64,000 bases of DNA from Arcobacteraceae bacterium (GTDB lineage: Bacteria > Campylobacterota > Campylobacteria > Campylobacterales > Arcobacteraceae). This document shows, in pieces, positions 9,815-18,873 of this stretch. Position 1 is the first letter of the stretch, and every line of letters begins with the position of its first letter. The stretch spans positions 1 through 64,000 of the forward strand of contig JBLWVX010000010.1 in assembly GCA_048268245.1 (NCBI GenBank). Reading direction: 5' to 3'. The translations under genes and the position numbers were made by a program. The notes below the pieces were generated by a model. It was not told where the DNA came from. It searched no databases and was given only the letters and a program-made list of their open reading frames with translations.

Positions 9815-11308
9815 CTATAATTCCACTTCAAATGCCATTTTTAAAACATCACTTTCTGTTAATTCTTCTTTTGTTCTTGCTTTTGGATCTTTGATAAGTA
9901 AAACTTTATGTTTTAAATCATCTAAATGATACTTTTCAAGATTTTTTATCAAAGTATCATTTATCATCTCTTTTTTCAAGCTATCACTATCAAGTAATCT
10001 TGTAATAGCATTTTTTAAATTTGCTTTTGTTCTTTCATAAATTCTTTCTTCTTCTGTAAGAGTTACATAAACTTTATCTAAATACTCAGCAATACCCTCA
10101 CCTGCGTATTTATATGTAGTAACTGAATTATAAACATACTTTTGTGCTTTTACATGAGGAATAAATACACCTGTAAAGATTGAACCCTCAACAGTATTAA
10201 TTCCATCTAAATCTTTTAAAGGATTATGAGAACAAATATAATCTTCTTTTACAACAGATGGTGAAAATTTAAGTGAACTTATATTGTTTTTAAGAATAAT
10301 ATAACTACCTGTTACCTCTTTGGGTCCACCTTTTAAAGACGTTAATTCATTTTTAAAAGCTAAGAAGTCTCCATGAACAACTTTTGGACATCCTTCAAGA
10401 GAAATAAGTTCATTATTACTAATATCAAAATCCCCTTCCACTTCGTTAAAACTAAGTGGAAGTTTTGAAAGGTTTGCTAGCTTATCAGATAGTTTTACAC
10501 TTCCTTTTACATTTACAGAGTTATTTGGGAGTATTTCAAAACTTTTTATACCATGCTTACCAAGCCATCTACTTATATCTTCTTTATTACATAAAGCTAC
10601 TAAAGGTTTGTAAACATGAGAAACTACATCTTTACCCTTATACTTCCAAAAATTTTCTTCTTCATTGTAACTATTTGCAAGTTTATTTAATCTAACATCT
10701 GTTCTTACATCCCAACCAATAGTATCTGCAATTCCATCTAAACTTTTTAAAAGATTTCCATTACAAATATAGTCTTGAACTACAGTTATTGGTCCACCAT
10801 TCAAATCTTTGATATAGTTATGAGAACAATCAAAATATGCATCAATATATTTAGGTCCACCTTTTAATGATTCTATTTTATTATGTTCACATCTGAAGTA
10901 ACCTTTTATAGTTCTAGGACTACCTTTTATAGATGTTAGTTGATTATTAGAACAATTAAAAAAGCCTATTACTTCTTTTGGACAATAAGAAAGATTTACT
11001 AGTTTATTATGAGAACAATCAAAATCCCCAACTTTTACAGGTGCACCAAATAATGATTCTAAGTTATTTTTTGAACAGTTGAAATCTTTTCCTACTTTTT
11101 CAGGACATCCATCAAGTGTCTCTAAAGAGTTATTACTAATATCGAAATAGCCATTTACTAATTTAAATTTTACAGGAAGTCTTTTTTCTCTAATTTTTTC
11201 ATTTAAATTAACACTACCATGAACAGTAATATATAAATCATCTGAAATTGTGTAATTCTCAATTGAGTGTTCTATTAACCAATTCTCAACTGCAGATAAA
11301 CTTGTCAT
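9815..11308 (-). CDS. Leucine-rich-repeat-like protein with two repeat modules
   Basis: ~21-aa repeats NxLxSLxGxPxxVxGxFxCS in two blocks, each preceded by a similar cap (NWLIEHSI/RWLGKHGI...VxGSVxL). Confidence 0.75.
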   Translation of the reverse strand: MTSLSAVENWLIEHSIENYTISDDLYITVHGSVNLNEKIREKRLPVKFKLVNGYFDISNNSLETLDGCPEKVGKDFNCSKNNLESLFGAPVKVGDFDCSHNKLVNLSYCPKEVIGFFNCSNNQLTSIKGSPRTIKGYFRCEHNKIESLKGGPKYIDAYFDCSHNYIKDLNGGPITVVQDYICNGNLLKSLDGIADTIGWDVRTDVRLNKLANSYNEEENFWKYKGKDVVSHVYKPLVALCNKEDISRWLGKHGIKSFEILPNNSVNVKGSVKLSDKLANLSKLPLSFNEVEGDFDISNNELISLEGCPKVVHGDFLAFKNELTSLKGGPKEVTGSYIILKNNISSLKFSPSVVKEDYICSHNPLKDLDGINTVEGSIFTGVFIPHVKAQKYVYNSVTTYKYAGEGIAEYLDKVYVTLTEEERIYERTKANLKNAITRLLDSDSLKKEMINDTLIKNLEKYHLDDLKHKVLLIKDPKARTKEELTESDVLKMAFEVEL

Positions 11309-11434
11309 TTTTCACCTTTAATTATATATACTAAATTTTAGTTTTTATTTGCTTTATTTCTTATTAGATTGTCTATTTCAAGGCTTAATTAGAAGTTATT
11401 CTTACAAAAAGAGTGTTATACTCTCTTTGTTTTC

Positions 11435-12907
11435 TTAGTTATTTTTCTCAGGTCTATAAACTTTTATATTATTTAAACCCTCTGAATCTCTTAAAAATTG
11501 TGCATGTAATTGACTCAATATTCCTTTATCACAATAAAATAAGTACTCTTTATCTTGTGGTAGTTTTCTAAACTGTGATTTTAACTTATAAAATGGTATT
11601 TTCAATGTCTCAACACTTGTTTGGATACAATCATCACTTTGTCTGATATCAACAACAGTATAATCCCCTGTTGATAAATCTGTAACAACATCAATTTGAC
11701 CTATTTCATTTACATCATCATCTATTTCATCAACATTTACTACAACAGCATCTTTTACTGCTTTATCTAACACTTCATAGTTAAAAGCTTTTGCTTCTTT
11801 TTCCATTCTATCAAATGAACCATGAGTTACAGGGCTTTTTGAAATAACACCACAATATTCAGGCATACTCTCAGCAAATCTTGTAGTGCCTATTTTAGTT
11901 GCTATTTCTATAATCTCAGGTTTATTCATAGTTGATAAGGGTCTTAAAATTAGTTTATTTGAAACTTTATCAATTAAAGCTAGATTTCTTAATGTTTGAC
12001 TTGAAACCTGAGCTACACTCTCACCTGTAAGTAAAGCATCAATTTTCATTTCATCTGCTATTTTCTCAGCTGCCATAACCATGAGTCTTTTTAGTGTAAC
12101 ACCCATATAAGGCTCACTAGTTGACTTGAAAATTTCAGTTACAACATCATCAAAAGGAACCGAAGTAAAAGTAACCCTATGAGAAGAACCAAATTTATTC
12201 CATAAATAGTAAGCTACTTGTTTAACTCCAATTTCATGGGCAATTCCACCAAGGTTAAAGAAAATAAAGTGAGTTTTAATTCCTCTTTTCATAGTAAGGT
12301 AAGATGCAACAGTTGAGTCAAAACCACCTGACATTAAAGATAAAATAGAGTTTTGACTTCCAATAGGGAAACCTGATAAACCTCTATATTTTTTAGTTAC
12401 TATATTTAGCTGATTATTTACAAGCTCAATATTTATAGTTACCTCAGCATTTCTTAAATCTACACCTTTTGTTTCGTTGTGAGCTAACATATATCCACCA
12501 ACAGTTTGTTCTATATCCGTTGATTTAAATTCATGTGTTCCACTTCTTTTTACTCTTACAACAAAAGTTTTATCTTTAATTTCATGAGACATCAACTCAT
12601 TTGCTTTTACTTTAATTTCATCTATAGTTCTAATATTTTCAAATTGTAATACTTCTAAAATCAACTCAACACCAGGAGTGTCTTTTAGTTTTTGTCTTAC
12701 TTGCTCTATAAGTTCATTTGCACAAGTTATTTCCATTTTATCTGAGAATTTTTTTACAGTGATTTTTTCATCTATTTTATGAAGTACCGTTATTAGGTTA
12801 TTATAAAGCTGTCCAACCATTTGTCTTTTAGCTTTTGTTCCTTTTACCATAATCTCTGGGAAGAACTTTACTACAAATTTTTGTGTCTTATCTTTCGACA
12901 TTTCCAT
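11435..12907 (-). CDS. thiI: tRNA 4-thiouridine synthase ThiI
   Basis: THUMP domain, PP-loop SGGFDS, QVSSQTL, PEYC, C-terminal rhodanese domain (FYCDKG). Confidence 0.95.
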   Translation of the reverse strand: MEMSKDKTQKFVVKFFPEIMVKGTKAKRQMVGQLYNNLITVLHKIDEKITVKKFSDKMEITCANELIEQVRQKLKDTPGVELILEVLQFENIRTIDEIKVKANELMSHEIKDKTFVVRVKRSGTHEFKSTDIEQTVGGYMLAHNETKGVDLRNAEVTINIELVNNQLNIVTKKYRGLSGFPIGSQNSILSLMSGGFDSTVASYLTMKRGIKTHFIFFNLGGIAHEIGVKQVAYYLWNKFGSSHRVTFTSVPFDDVVTEIFKSTSEPYMGVTLKRLMVMAAEKIADEMKIDALLTGESVAQVSSQTLRNLALIDKVSNKLILRPLSTMNKPEIIEIATKIGTTRFAESMPEYCGVISKSPVTHGSFDRMEKEAKAFNYEVLDKAVKDAVVVNVDEIDDDVNEIGQIDVVTDLSTGDYTVVDIRQSDDCIQTSVETLKIPFYKLKSQFRKLPQDKEYLFYCDKGILSQLHAQFLRDSEGLNNIKVYRPEKNN

Positions 12908-13048
12908 TATTTAAATACCCTTATATTTTTATATAAGCGCAATTATAACATAAGAGTTTTAAGTTTAGTGTAGAGTAAAAAAGAATAAATAAGGTATGAA
13001 TAGTATTTAAAACACTATCTACCTTATAAGATTTTTATATGAGTTAAA

Positions 13049-13468
13049 TTAAACGATTTTTTCAATAAATACTTTAAATGTTAAATCTTTTCCAGCTAAA
13101 GGGTGATTATAGTCAACTGTTACCTCATCTTTAGTTACATCAGTAACTGTAGCTTTTAAAAGTGATCCATCTTGGGCTTCACCTTCTAAAATCATTCCAA
13201 TTTGTAAATCAATACCCTCAAAATCACTAACTGGAACTTTTTCATTTAAAGTTTCATCATATGGTCCATAAGCTTTATCACTTTTTACAGTAACAGTTCT
13301 TGTTTCACCTTCATTTATATCTGTAATTAATTCTTCAAATCCTGCTAATAATTGTCCTGAACCAAACGCAAATGTCATTGGCTTATCGCCCATATTGCTT
13401 TCTATTATTCTATCATCTACTTTTAATTCAAATGTCATAGTTACTAATTGATCTTTTTTAATAGCCAT
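13049..13468 (-). CDS. FKBP-type peptidyl-prolyl isomerase (SlyD/SlpA-like, no His-rich tail)
   Basis: AYG, VTVDYNHPLAGKDLTF. Confidence 0.9.
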   Translation of the reverse strand: MAIKKDQLVTMTFELKVDDRIIESNMGDKPMTFAFGSGQLLAGFEELITDINEGETRTVTVKSDKAYGPYDETLNEKVPVSDFEGIDLQIGMILEGEAQDGSLLKATVTDVTKDEVTVDYNHPLAGKDLTFKVFIEKIV

Positions 13469-13665
13469 TTGTATTCCTTATTTAAAATGCATAACTATAT
13501 CAAAAAAATCTTTAATGAAAATTAGTAAACTTCTATTTATGTTATAGTATATATAGTAGTATTATCTATACAATAGCTATAGCTTATTAAAATTTGATTT
13601 CATAAGAATTATTTAAGTTTACTCACATGTATTGCTATATACCCTACTTACAATTTTACATTTGT

Positions 13666-13837
13666 CGTATAGGAATAAAAAATTTTCTTTAATTAATAGA
13701 AAATATTCCATTTTGAAAGATTTATTTTCACAAAAAGCTAAAAAATAAAGATTTTGATAGCTATTCTAAACTAAAAACAAGAATTGTATATTTTAAACTC
13801 CATTTACTATTTAACAAACACCGTATAGGAATAAAAA
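13666..13837. repeat. 16-bp perfect direct repeat CGTATAGGAATAAAAA (13666-13681 and 13822-13837)
   Basis: Read directly from the intergenic region upstream of modE. Confidence 0.8.
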
Positions 13838-13842
13838 GCTTT

Positions 13843-13905
13843 CATTATATACTAAGGTATACAACGCTAATATTTTACAAACGTTATATAATCAAATATA
13901 TAAGG
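13843..13905 (+). promoter_or_regulatory. Two ModE boxes upstream of modE
   Basis: CAT-TATATA-N6-TATACA-ACG (13843-13866) and CGT-TATATA-N6-TATATA-AGG (13882-13905, overlapping the RBS) fit the ModE consensus TATATA-N6/7-TATATA. Confidence 0.75.
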
Positions 13906-13911
13906 ACAAAA

Positions 13912-14694
13912 GTGAATATATCATCAAACTTAACTTTAGAGCTATTTAATCAGCCTTTTTTATTAGAAAAAAGAATAGATTTACTACTTGCTATAAAAGA
14001 GCATGGTTCTATATCAAAAGCAGCTAAAGCTGTACCTATGAGCTATAAAGCTGCATGGGATGCAATAGATAGTATGAATAACTTATCAGCTAAAGCTCTT
14101 GTATCAAAAGAGACAGGAGGAAAAGGTGGTGGAGGAACTGCTCTTACTTCTTATGGGGAGAGTATCATTAAAACCTACTTACTATTAAAAGAAGAACAAA
14201 AAAGGTTTATGGAGAAGTTAAACGATCTAACAGATATAGACACAGGAACTTTTAAAACAATAGGAAGACTAGCTATGCAAATAAGTGCAAGAAATCAAAT
14301 AATAGGAAGAGTAGACAAAATAGTTTCAAATGAAGTAAATGCAAATATCATAATAGTCCCTAAAAGTGGTCATGAGCTTTTTGCAAATATTACCTATGAT
14401 GCTTTACAATCTTTAGATATAAAAAAGAATGATGAAGTAACTGCTATTTTTAACTCAAATAATATACTTTTATCTACAAGTAGTGATATAGCCATTAGTG
14501 CAAGAAACAAAATAAAAGGCACAATCAAAGATATCACAAAAAACTCTACTAATAGTGAAGTTACTATTGATATTAGTGAAAATGAGACTATTACCTCTAT
14601 TATTACAACAGGAGCAGTAAAGAACCTAAAACTTGAAATAGGAAAGCCTGTATATGCTTATATAAAATCAAATGATATTATGGTGGGGAAATAA
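13912..14694 (+). CDS. modE: Molybdate-responsive regulator ModE (wHTH + 2 TOBE)
   Basis: GSISKAAKAVPMSYKAAWD, GGKGGGG, two ISARN TOBE motifs. Confidence 0.95.
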   Translation: MNISSNLTLELFNQPFLLEKRIDLLLAIKEHGSISKAAKAVPMSYKAAWDAIDSMNNLSAKALVSKETGGKGGGGTALTSYGESIIKTYLLLKEEQKRFMEKLNDLTDIDTGTFKTIGRLAMQISARNQIIGRVDKIVSNEVNANIIIVPKSGHELFANITYDALQSLDIKKNDEVTAIFNSNNILLSTSSDIAISARNKIKGTIKDITKNSTNSEVTIDISENETITSIITTGAVKNLKLEIGKPVYAYIKSNDIMVGK

Positions 14695-15441
14695 ATGAAA
14701 AAGATTCTAACAACTGTTGCTTTGCTTTCATGTGGTTTATACGCAAACACATTAAATATAGCAGTTGCAGCAAATGTATCATATGCAATCAAAGAGTTAA
14801 AAAAAGAGTTTATAAAAACAAATCCTGATACTAAAGTAAATATCACTTTAGGAAGTAGTGGAAAACTAACAGCACAAATCAAAAACAATGCACCTTATGA
14901 TGTTTTTATGTCTGCAAATATGAAATATCCGCAAGCTTTATACAAAGATGGTTTAGCTTTAAATACTCCGCAGGTTTATGCAATGGGCTCATTGTCTTTA
15001 TTTTCAAAGAAAGAACAAAACTTCTCCCAAGGTTTAGATTTACTAAAAGATGAAAATATAAAACATATTGCAATTGCAAATCCTAAAACAGCTCCATATG
15101 GAGAAGCATCATTTGAGCTTTTAGAAAACAAGAAGCTTTTAAATAAGCTTCAAAAGAAGTTTGTATATGGTGAATCAATTTCACAAACTCTCTCATATAC
15201 CTTTACTGCTGCTAACATAGGATTTATCGCAAAATCTATGCTTTTTAGTCCAAAGATGTCTAAGTATAAAGAAGGATTAAACTATATACATATTGACCCT
15301 AAGTTTTACACTTCAATAAAGCAAGGTGCTATTATTTTAAAAAATAGCAAGAATAAAAAAGATGCCAATAAGTTTTATAATTTCTTATTTTCTAAAGAAG
15401 CTAAGAGTATTTTTGAAAACTACGGCTATATTGTAAAATAG
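14695..15441 (+). CDS. modA: Molybdate ABC transporter substrate-binding protein
   Basis: Signal peptide, AVAAN, GSSGKL, IANPKTAPYG. Confidence 0.95.
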   Translation: MKKILTTVALLSCGLYANTLNIAVAANVSYAIKELKKEFIKTNPDTKVNITLGSSGKLTAQIKNNAPYDVFMSANMKYPQALYKDGLALNTPQVYAMGSLSLFSKKEQNFSQGLDLLKDENIKHIAIANPKTAPYGEASFELLENKKLLNKLQKKFVYGESISQTLSYTFTAANIGFIAKSMLFSPKMSKYKEGLNYIHIDPKFYTSIKQGAIILKNSKNKKDANKFYNFLFSKEAKSIFENYGYIVK

Positions 15442-15451
15442 GACTTTGTAT

Positions 15452-15841
15452 ATGTTAAAAGCAATAGTAAAAAGTATACAAACAGAAGAAATTATACATC
15501 TTGTAGAATTTAGTTTTCATCAAACAACTTTGAAAATGTTAAGTTTAGAGCTAAATGACAATATAAAAATAGGAACAAAAGTAGCTTTATCTATCAAGTC
15601 AACTCATATAACTTTAGCAAAAAAGTTTTCAGGAGAGCTTAGCTGTAGCAACCAAATAAAAGCAAAAATTGATGATATTAAAAATGGAAAAATTTTAAGT
15701 TCGATTATACTAAATATAGATGGTGATATTTTAGAAGCTATTATTACAAGTAGTGCAGCTTTTGATATGAACTTAAAAAAAGATGATGATGTAATAGTGT
15801 TAATAAAAGCAAGTGAAATATCTATAAAAGAAGTATTATAA
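15452..15841 (+). CDS. Di-TOBE (Mop/molbindin-like) protein
   Basis: LSCSNQI, AIIT, LIKASEI TOBE motifs. ATG 15452 is well spaced from AGGA. Confidence 0.85.
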   Translation: MLKAIVKSIQTEEIIHLVEFSFHQTTLKMLSLELNDNIKIGTKVALSIKSTHITLAKKFSGELSCSNQIKAKIDDIKNGKILSSIILNIDGDILEAIITSSAAFDMNLKKDDDVIVLIKASEISIKEVL

Positions 15842-16530
15842 TGTTTGATTTACTTTTAAATATTGAACTAACACCTTTTTATATCTCTTTTAAGTTGGCA
15901 CTTATTACAACTATTATTCTATTTATAATTGCCCTACCCTTATCATGGTGGCTTAGCCAGAGTAATTCAAAAGTAAAACCTTTTATTGAAGCAATTACAG
16001 CATTACCTATTGTATTACCTCCATCAGTAATTGGTTTTTATATACTTTGGGCATTATCAAGCAACTCTTATATAGGAGCTTTCTTTGAAGAGACTTTTGG
16101 AATACAACTTGTGTTTAATTTTACAGGCTTAGTAATAGCTAGTTGTTTTTATAGTCTTCCTTTTATGGTTCAACCCTTACAGAGTGGTTTTGAAAACCTA
16201 AATAAAAATATGCTTGAAGCAAGTTATATAAGTGGTAAAAGTAAACTAATCACCCTATTTAAAGTAGCACTACCAAATATCAAACCTTCACTTTTAACTG
16301 CACTTATTGTAACTTTTGCCCATACTGTAGGCGAATTTGGTGTAGTTTTGATGATAGGAGGAAGTATTCCAGGTGAAACTAAAGTGGCATCTGTAGCTAT
16401 ATATGAATTTGTTGAAATCTTGGATTATGGTATGGCCCATGTATATAGTGCTATTATGTTAGGACTTAGCTTCTTAGTATTACTAAGTGTTTATATTTTT
16501 AATGCAAAACAGAAAAAGAGTTTTATTTAA
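15841..16530 (+). CDS. modB: Molybdate ABC transporter permease
   Basis: LPIVLPPSVIGFY, FAHTVGEFGVVLMIGGSIPGET. Confidence 0.95.
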   Translation: MFDLLLNIELTPFYISFKLALITTIILFIIALPLSWWLSQSNSKVKPFIEAITALPIVLPPSVIGFYILWALSSNSYIGAFFEETFGIQLVFNFTGLVIASCFYSLPFMVQPLQSGFENLNKNMLEASYISGKSKLITLFKVALPNIKPSLLTALIVTFAHTVGEFGVVLMIGGSIPGETKVASVAIYEFVEILDYGMAHVYSAIMLGLSFLVLLSVYIFNAKQKKSFI

Positions 16531-16560
16531 TTTCAATATGAAATACTTTTATAAATAAAT

Positions 16561-16592
16561 TATAATTTATGTTATCATAAGCTTTGATAACA
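16561..16592 (+). promoter_or_regulatory. Putative -10 box and palindrome upstream of the toxin gene
   Basis: TATAAT 16561-16566; TGTTATCA-N7-TGATAACA 16570-16592. Confidence 0.5.
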
Positions 16593-16605
16593 ATTAGGAT
16601 TACTT

Positions 16606-16998
16606 ATGAAAGACTATGATAAATGGAATAAAGTTAAAAAAGAGACTTCAAACCAAAATAACTTCTTTACTTTTAAAGTTAGAGAAATTTATTGGCTAAA
16701 GGTTGGATATAACATAGGATATGAAGTATATGGGAAAGGAGATGACTATTTAAGACCAGTGTTAATTTTAAGAAAATTTAGCAAAGAAAGCTTCTTAGGA
16801 ATTCCTTTAACAAGTTCAACGAAAAAGGATATGTTTCATTATGGATTTTATCCCCTAAATAAAGATAAAAAGAATTATGCCATGCTGTCACAAATAAAAC
16901 TGTTTTCTTCAAAAAGAATACACGATAAAATGGGTAAAATTTCTGTAGAAGATTTTAAAAAGTTAAAAGTAAATTTAAAAGAATTAATTGGATTATAA
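16606..16998 (+). CDS. PemK/MazF-family endoribonuclease toxin, no protein antitoxin
   Basis: EIYW..VGYNIGYEVYGK...RPVLIL...GIPLTS...LSQIK..SSKRI..KMGKI matches the PemK/MazF pattern. Only 75 nt separate it from modB. Confidence 0.85.
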   Translation: MKDYDKWNKVKKETSNQNNFFTFKVREIYWLKVGYNIGYEVYGKGDDYLRPVLILRKFSKESFLGIPLTSSTKKDMFHYGFYPLNKDKKNYAMLSQIKLFSSKRIHDKMGKISVEDFKKLKVNLKELIGL

Positions 16999-17044
16999 AT
17001 ACTCCCCTAAAGATTAGGGGCTTCCTGCAAGCAGGTTGGTTTGT
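16998..17044 (-). ncRNA. Candidate ~45-nt antitoxin RNA, convergent to the MazF-like gene
   Basis: Minus strand reads ACAAACCAA-CCTG(CTTG)CAGG-AAG-CCCCTAA(TCT)TTAGGGG-AGTATT, directly downstream of a consensus promoter. Ends are inferred. Confidence 0.6.
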
Positions 17045-17050
17045 AAGAGA

Positions 17051-17079
17051 ATTATATAACAAAAGAATATATATGTCAA
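17051..17079 (-). promoter_or_regulatory. Consensus sigma70 promoter on the minus strand
   Basis: TTGACA (17079-17074), 17-nt spacer, TATAAT (17056-17051). Confidence 0.8.
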
Positions 17080-17091
17080 GAAAGGAAAAAA

Positions 17092-18873
17092 GTGGAACTT
17101 GTTTATTTATGGATTAAAGATTATAAAAATATAAAGGAGCAAGGGTTTAATTTCTCTCCTAGGTTTGAGTGTAAATATGATAAAGATTCAAATAAGTTGA
17201 CTATTGATGAAAATAAAAAGTATGTTAATATTTTTCCTGAAAATATTAATGTTACTGCTATTGTTGGTGAGAATGGGAGTGGGAAAAGTACTATTTTAAA
17301 ATATATAGCACAATATTTATCATTATTATTAACTAGAATAGATTCAATAGCACTTTCTCCAGATACTTTTATTTTTATTTTTTTTGATAAATTATCAAAT
17401 AATATTTATACTGCAGGAAATGTTCTAGAAGATACTCATATAATAAATAAAACTGTATACAAAACTTTCTCGAATAAGATAGAAACATTTAAGTCAAAGA
17501 AATATATTGATTTTTTAAAAAGTAAAAAACATGATAAAATGATAAGTCTTGATACAAATGAAAGATACAATAACTCTATACATAAACACCTTCTTAAAAA
17601 AAATTTAAACAAATTAATAAATAATTCCTTTACACTCCACTATGATTATTCTTTTAATATGTTTACAAACTATCATAGTGAAACTAATTTTTTATCTGTG
17701 CCTAATAAGGAGTACGATATTTATCAACATCATAATTATGATAAAACTTTATTAGTTGAACACATAATTAATAAGTCATACATTGAAAAAGAGAAAAAAT
17801 ACTTTGAACCAAGTAAACTCTTAATATTGTTTCAGCCACTTAAAAATCTTAAGTTTCAATTTAAACAAAACATGAGTATTAAAGAATTTATGGTGTTTCT
17901 AATTAATAGCAGTATCTTTGAATTATTGAAAAGACAACATAGAAACTTTATCAATAATAAAAATGCTGAAAATAATCCAGAGTTATTAGACAATTTAATA
18001 ACTAATAATATTAAATCAATTAAAGAAATTATAGATAATCAAACAAAACAAGTTCCCTTAGCATATCAACTAAAAGATTTAGTTAATTATCTAAAGATAT
18101 TAAAAAAAACTAATTCTTTAAACATCTTTTCAATTGATAAAGAGTATGAGAGGATAAATATAAATATTAATTATCTTAATGATAATAACATTAAACTTTT
18201 AACACAAATTCCTACTGATATATTAAAGCTAAAAATTTATTCAGATAATTTTGATTATGATGATTTAAGTAATGGAGAAAAATCAGCTCTTAGAATAAGA
18301 TTTTATATTGAAAGAGCAATACAAAATAGCAAAAGAGACAATTATTTTATTTTACTTGATGAAGCTGATAATGAACTACATCCGCAATGGCAAAAAAAGC
18401 TTATTAAATATCTATATGACATTTTTAAAAATAGAAGAGAAACTTTTCATTTTATCTTAACTTCCCACTCACCTTTTATACTTTCAGACTTACCAAAAGA
18501 AAATATAATTTTTCTAGAAAATGGGAAGCAAGAATACCCATTTAAAGATAATGAGCAAACTTTTGGAGCAAATATACATACCCTACTTTCCCATGGTTTT
18601 TTTATGGAAGATGGTCTCATGGGAGAATACGCAAAAGAGAAAATAAATGAAGTTATTGAAATATTAAAGCATGATAGTTTATCTTCTGATGAAATAAAAA
18701 CTTGCAAAGATATTATCTCAATAATTGGTGAGCCAATTTTACAAAAGACCTTACAAAGTCAATTAGATATGAAACTTTATCCAAAAGAAACTCAATTAGA
18801 AAAACTTGAAAGAGAACAAAGAGAAATTCAAGCAGAAATAGATGAGCTAAAGAAAAAAAATGAAACAGATTGA
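17092..18873 (+). CDS. ABC/AAA ATPase, Septu PtuA-like
   Basis: Walker A GENGSGKST, signature LSNGEK, Walker B ILLDEADNELHPQWQ, H-loop TSHSPFILSD, TFGANIHTLL; overlaps an HNH gene. Confidence 0.8.
   Translation: MELVYLWIKDYKNIKEQGFNFSPRFECKYDKDSNKLTIDENKKYVNIFPENINVTAIVGENGSGKSTILKYIAQYLSLLLTRIDSIALSPDTFIFIFFDKLSNNIYTAGNVLEDTHIINKTVYKTFSNKIETFKSKKYIDFLKSKKHDKMISLDTNERYNNSIHKHLLKKNLNKLINNSFTLHYDYSFNMFTNYHSETNFLSVPNKEYDIYQHHNYDKTLLVEHIINKSYIEKEKKYFEPSKLLILFQPLKNLKFQFKQNMSIKEFMVFLINSSIFELLKRQHRNFINNKNAENNPELLDNLITNNIKSIKEIIDNQTKQVPLAYQLKDLVNYLKILKKTNSLNIFSIDKEYERINININYLNDNNIKLLTQIPTDILKLKIYSDNFDYDDLSNGEKSALRIRFYIERAIQNSKRDNYFILLDEADNELHPQWQKKLIKYLYDIFKNRRETFHFILTSHSPFILSDLPKENIIFLENGKQEYPFKDNEQTFGANIHTLLSHGFFMEDGLMGEYAKEKINEVIEILKHDSLSSDEIKTCKDIISIIGEPILQKTLQSQLDMKLYPKETQLEKLEREQREIQAEIDELKKKNETD

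Noticed and set aside
17004..17035. Simple + strand terminator of the toxin gene
   Set aside because: No U-tract on the + strand; tetraloop identity and the promoter favour a minus-strand RNA. Partial termination cannot be excluded.
16999..17091. Retron msr-msd upstream of the PtuAB-like genes
   Set aside because: No reverse transcriptase in the window, the region is too short and lacks a1/a2 repeats, and the similar element at 62.3 kb accompanies the toxin rather than Septu.
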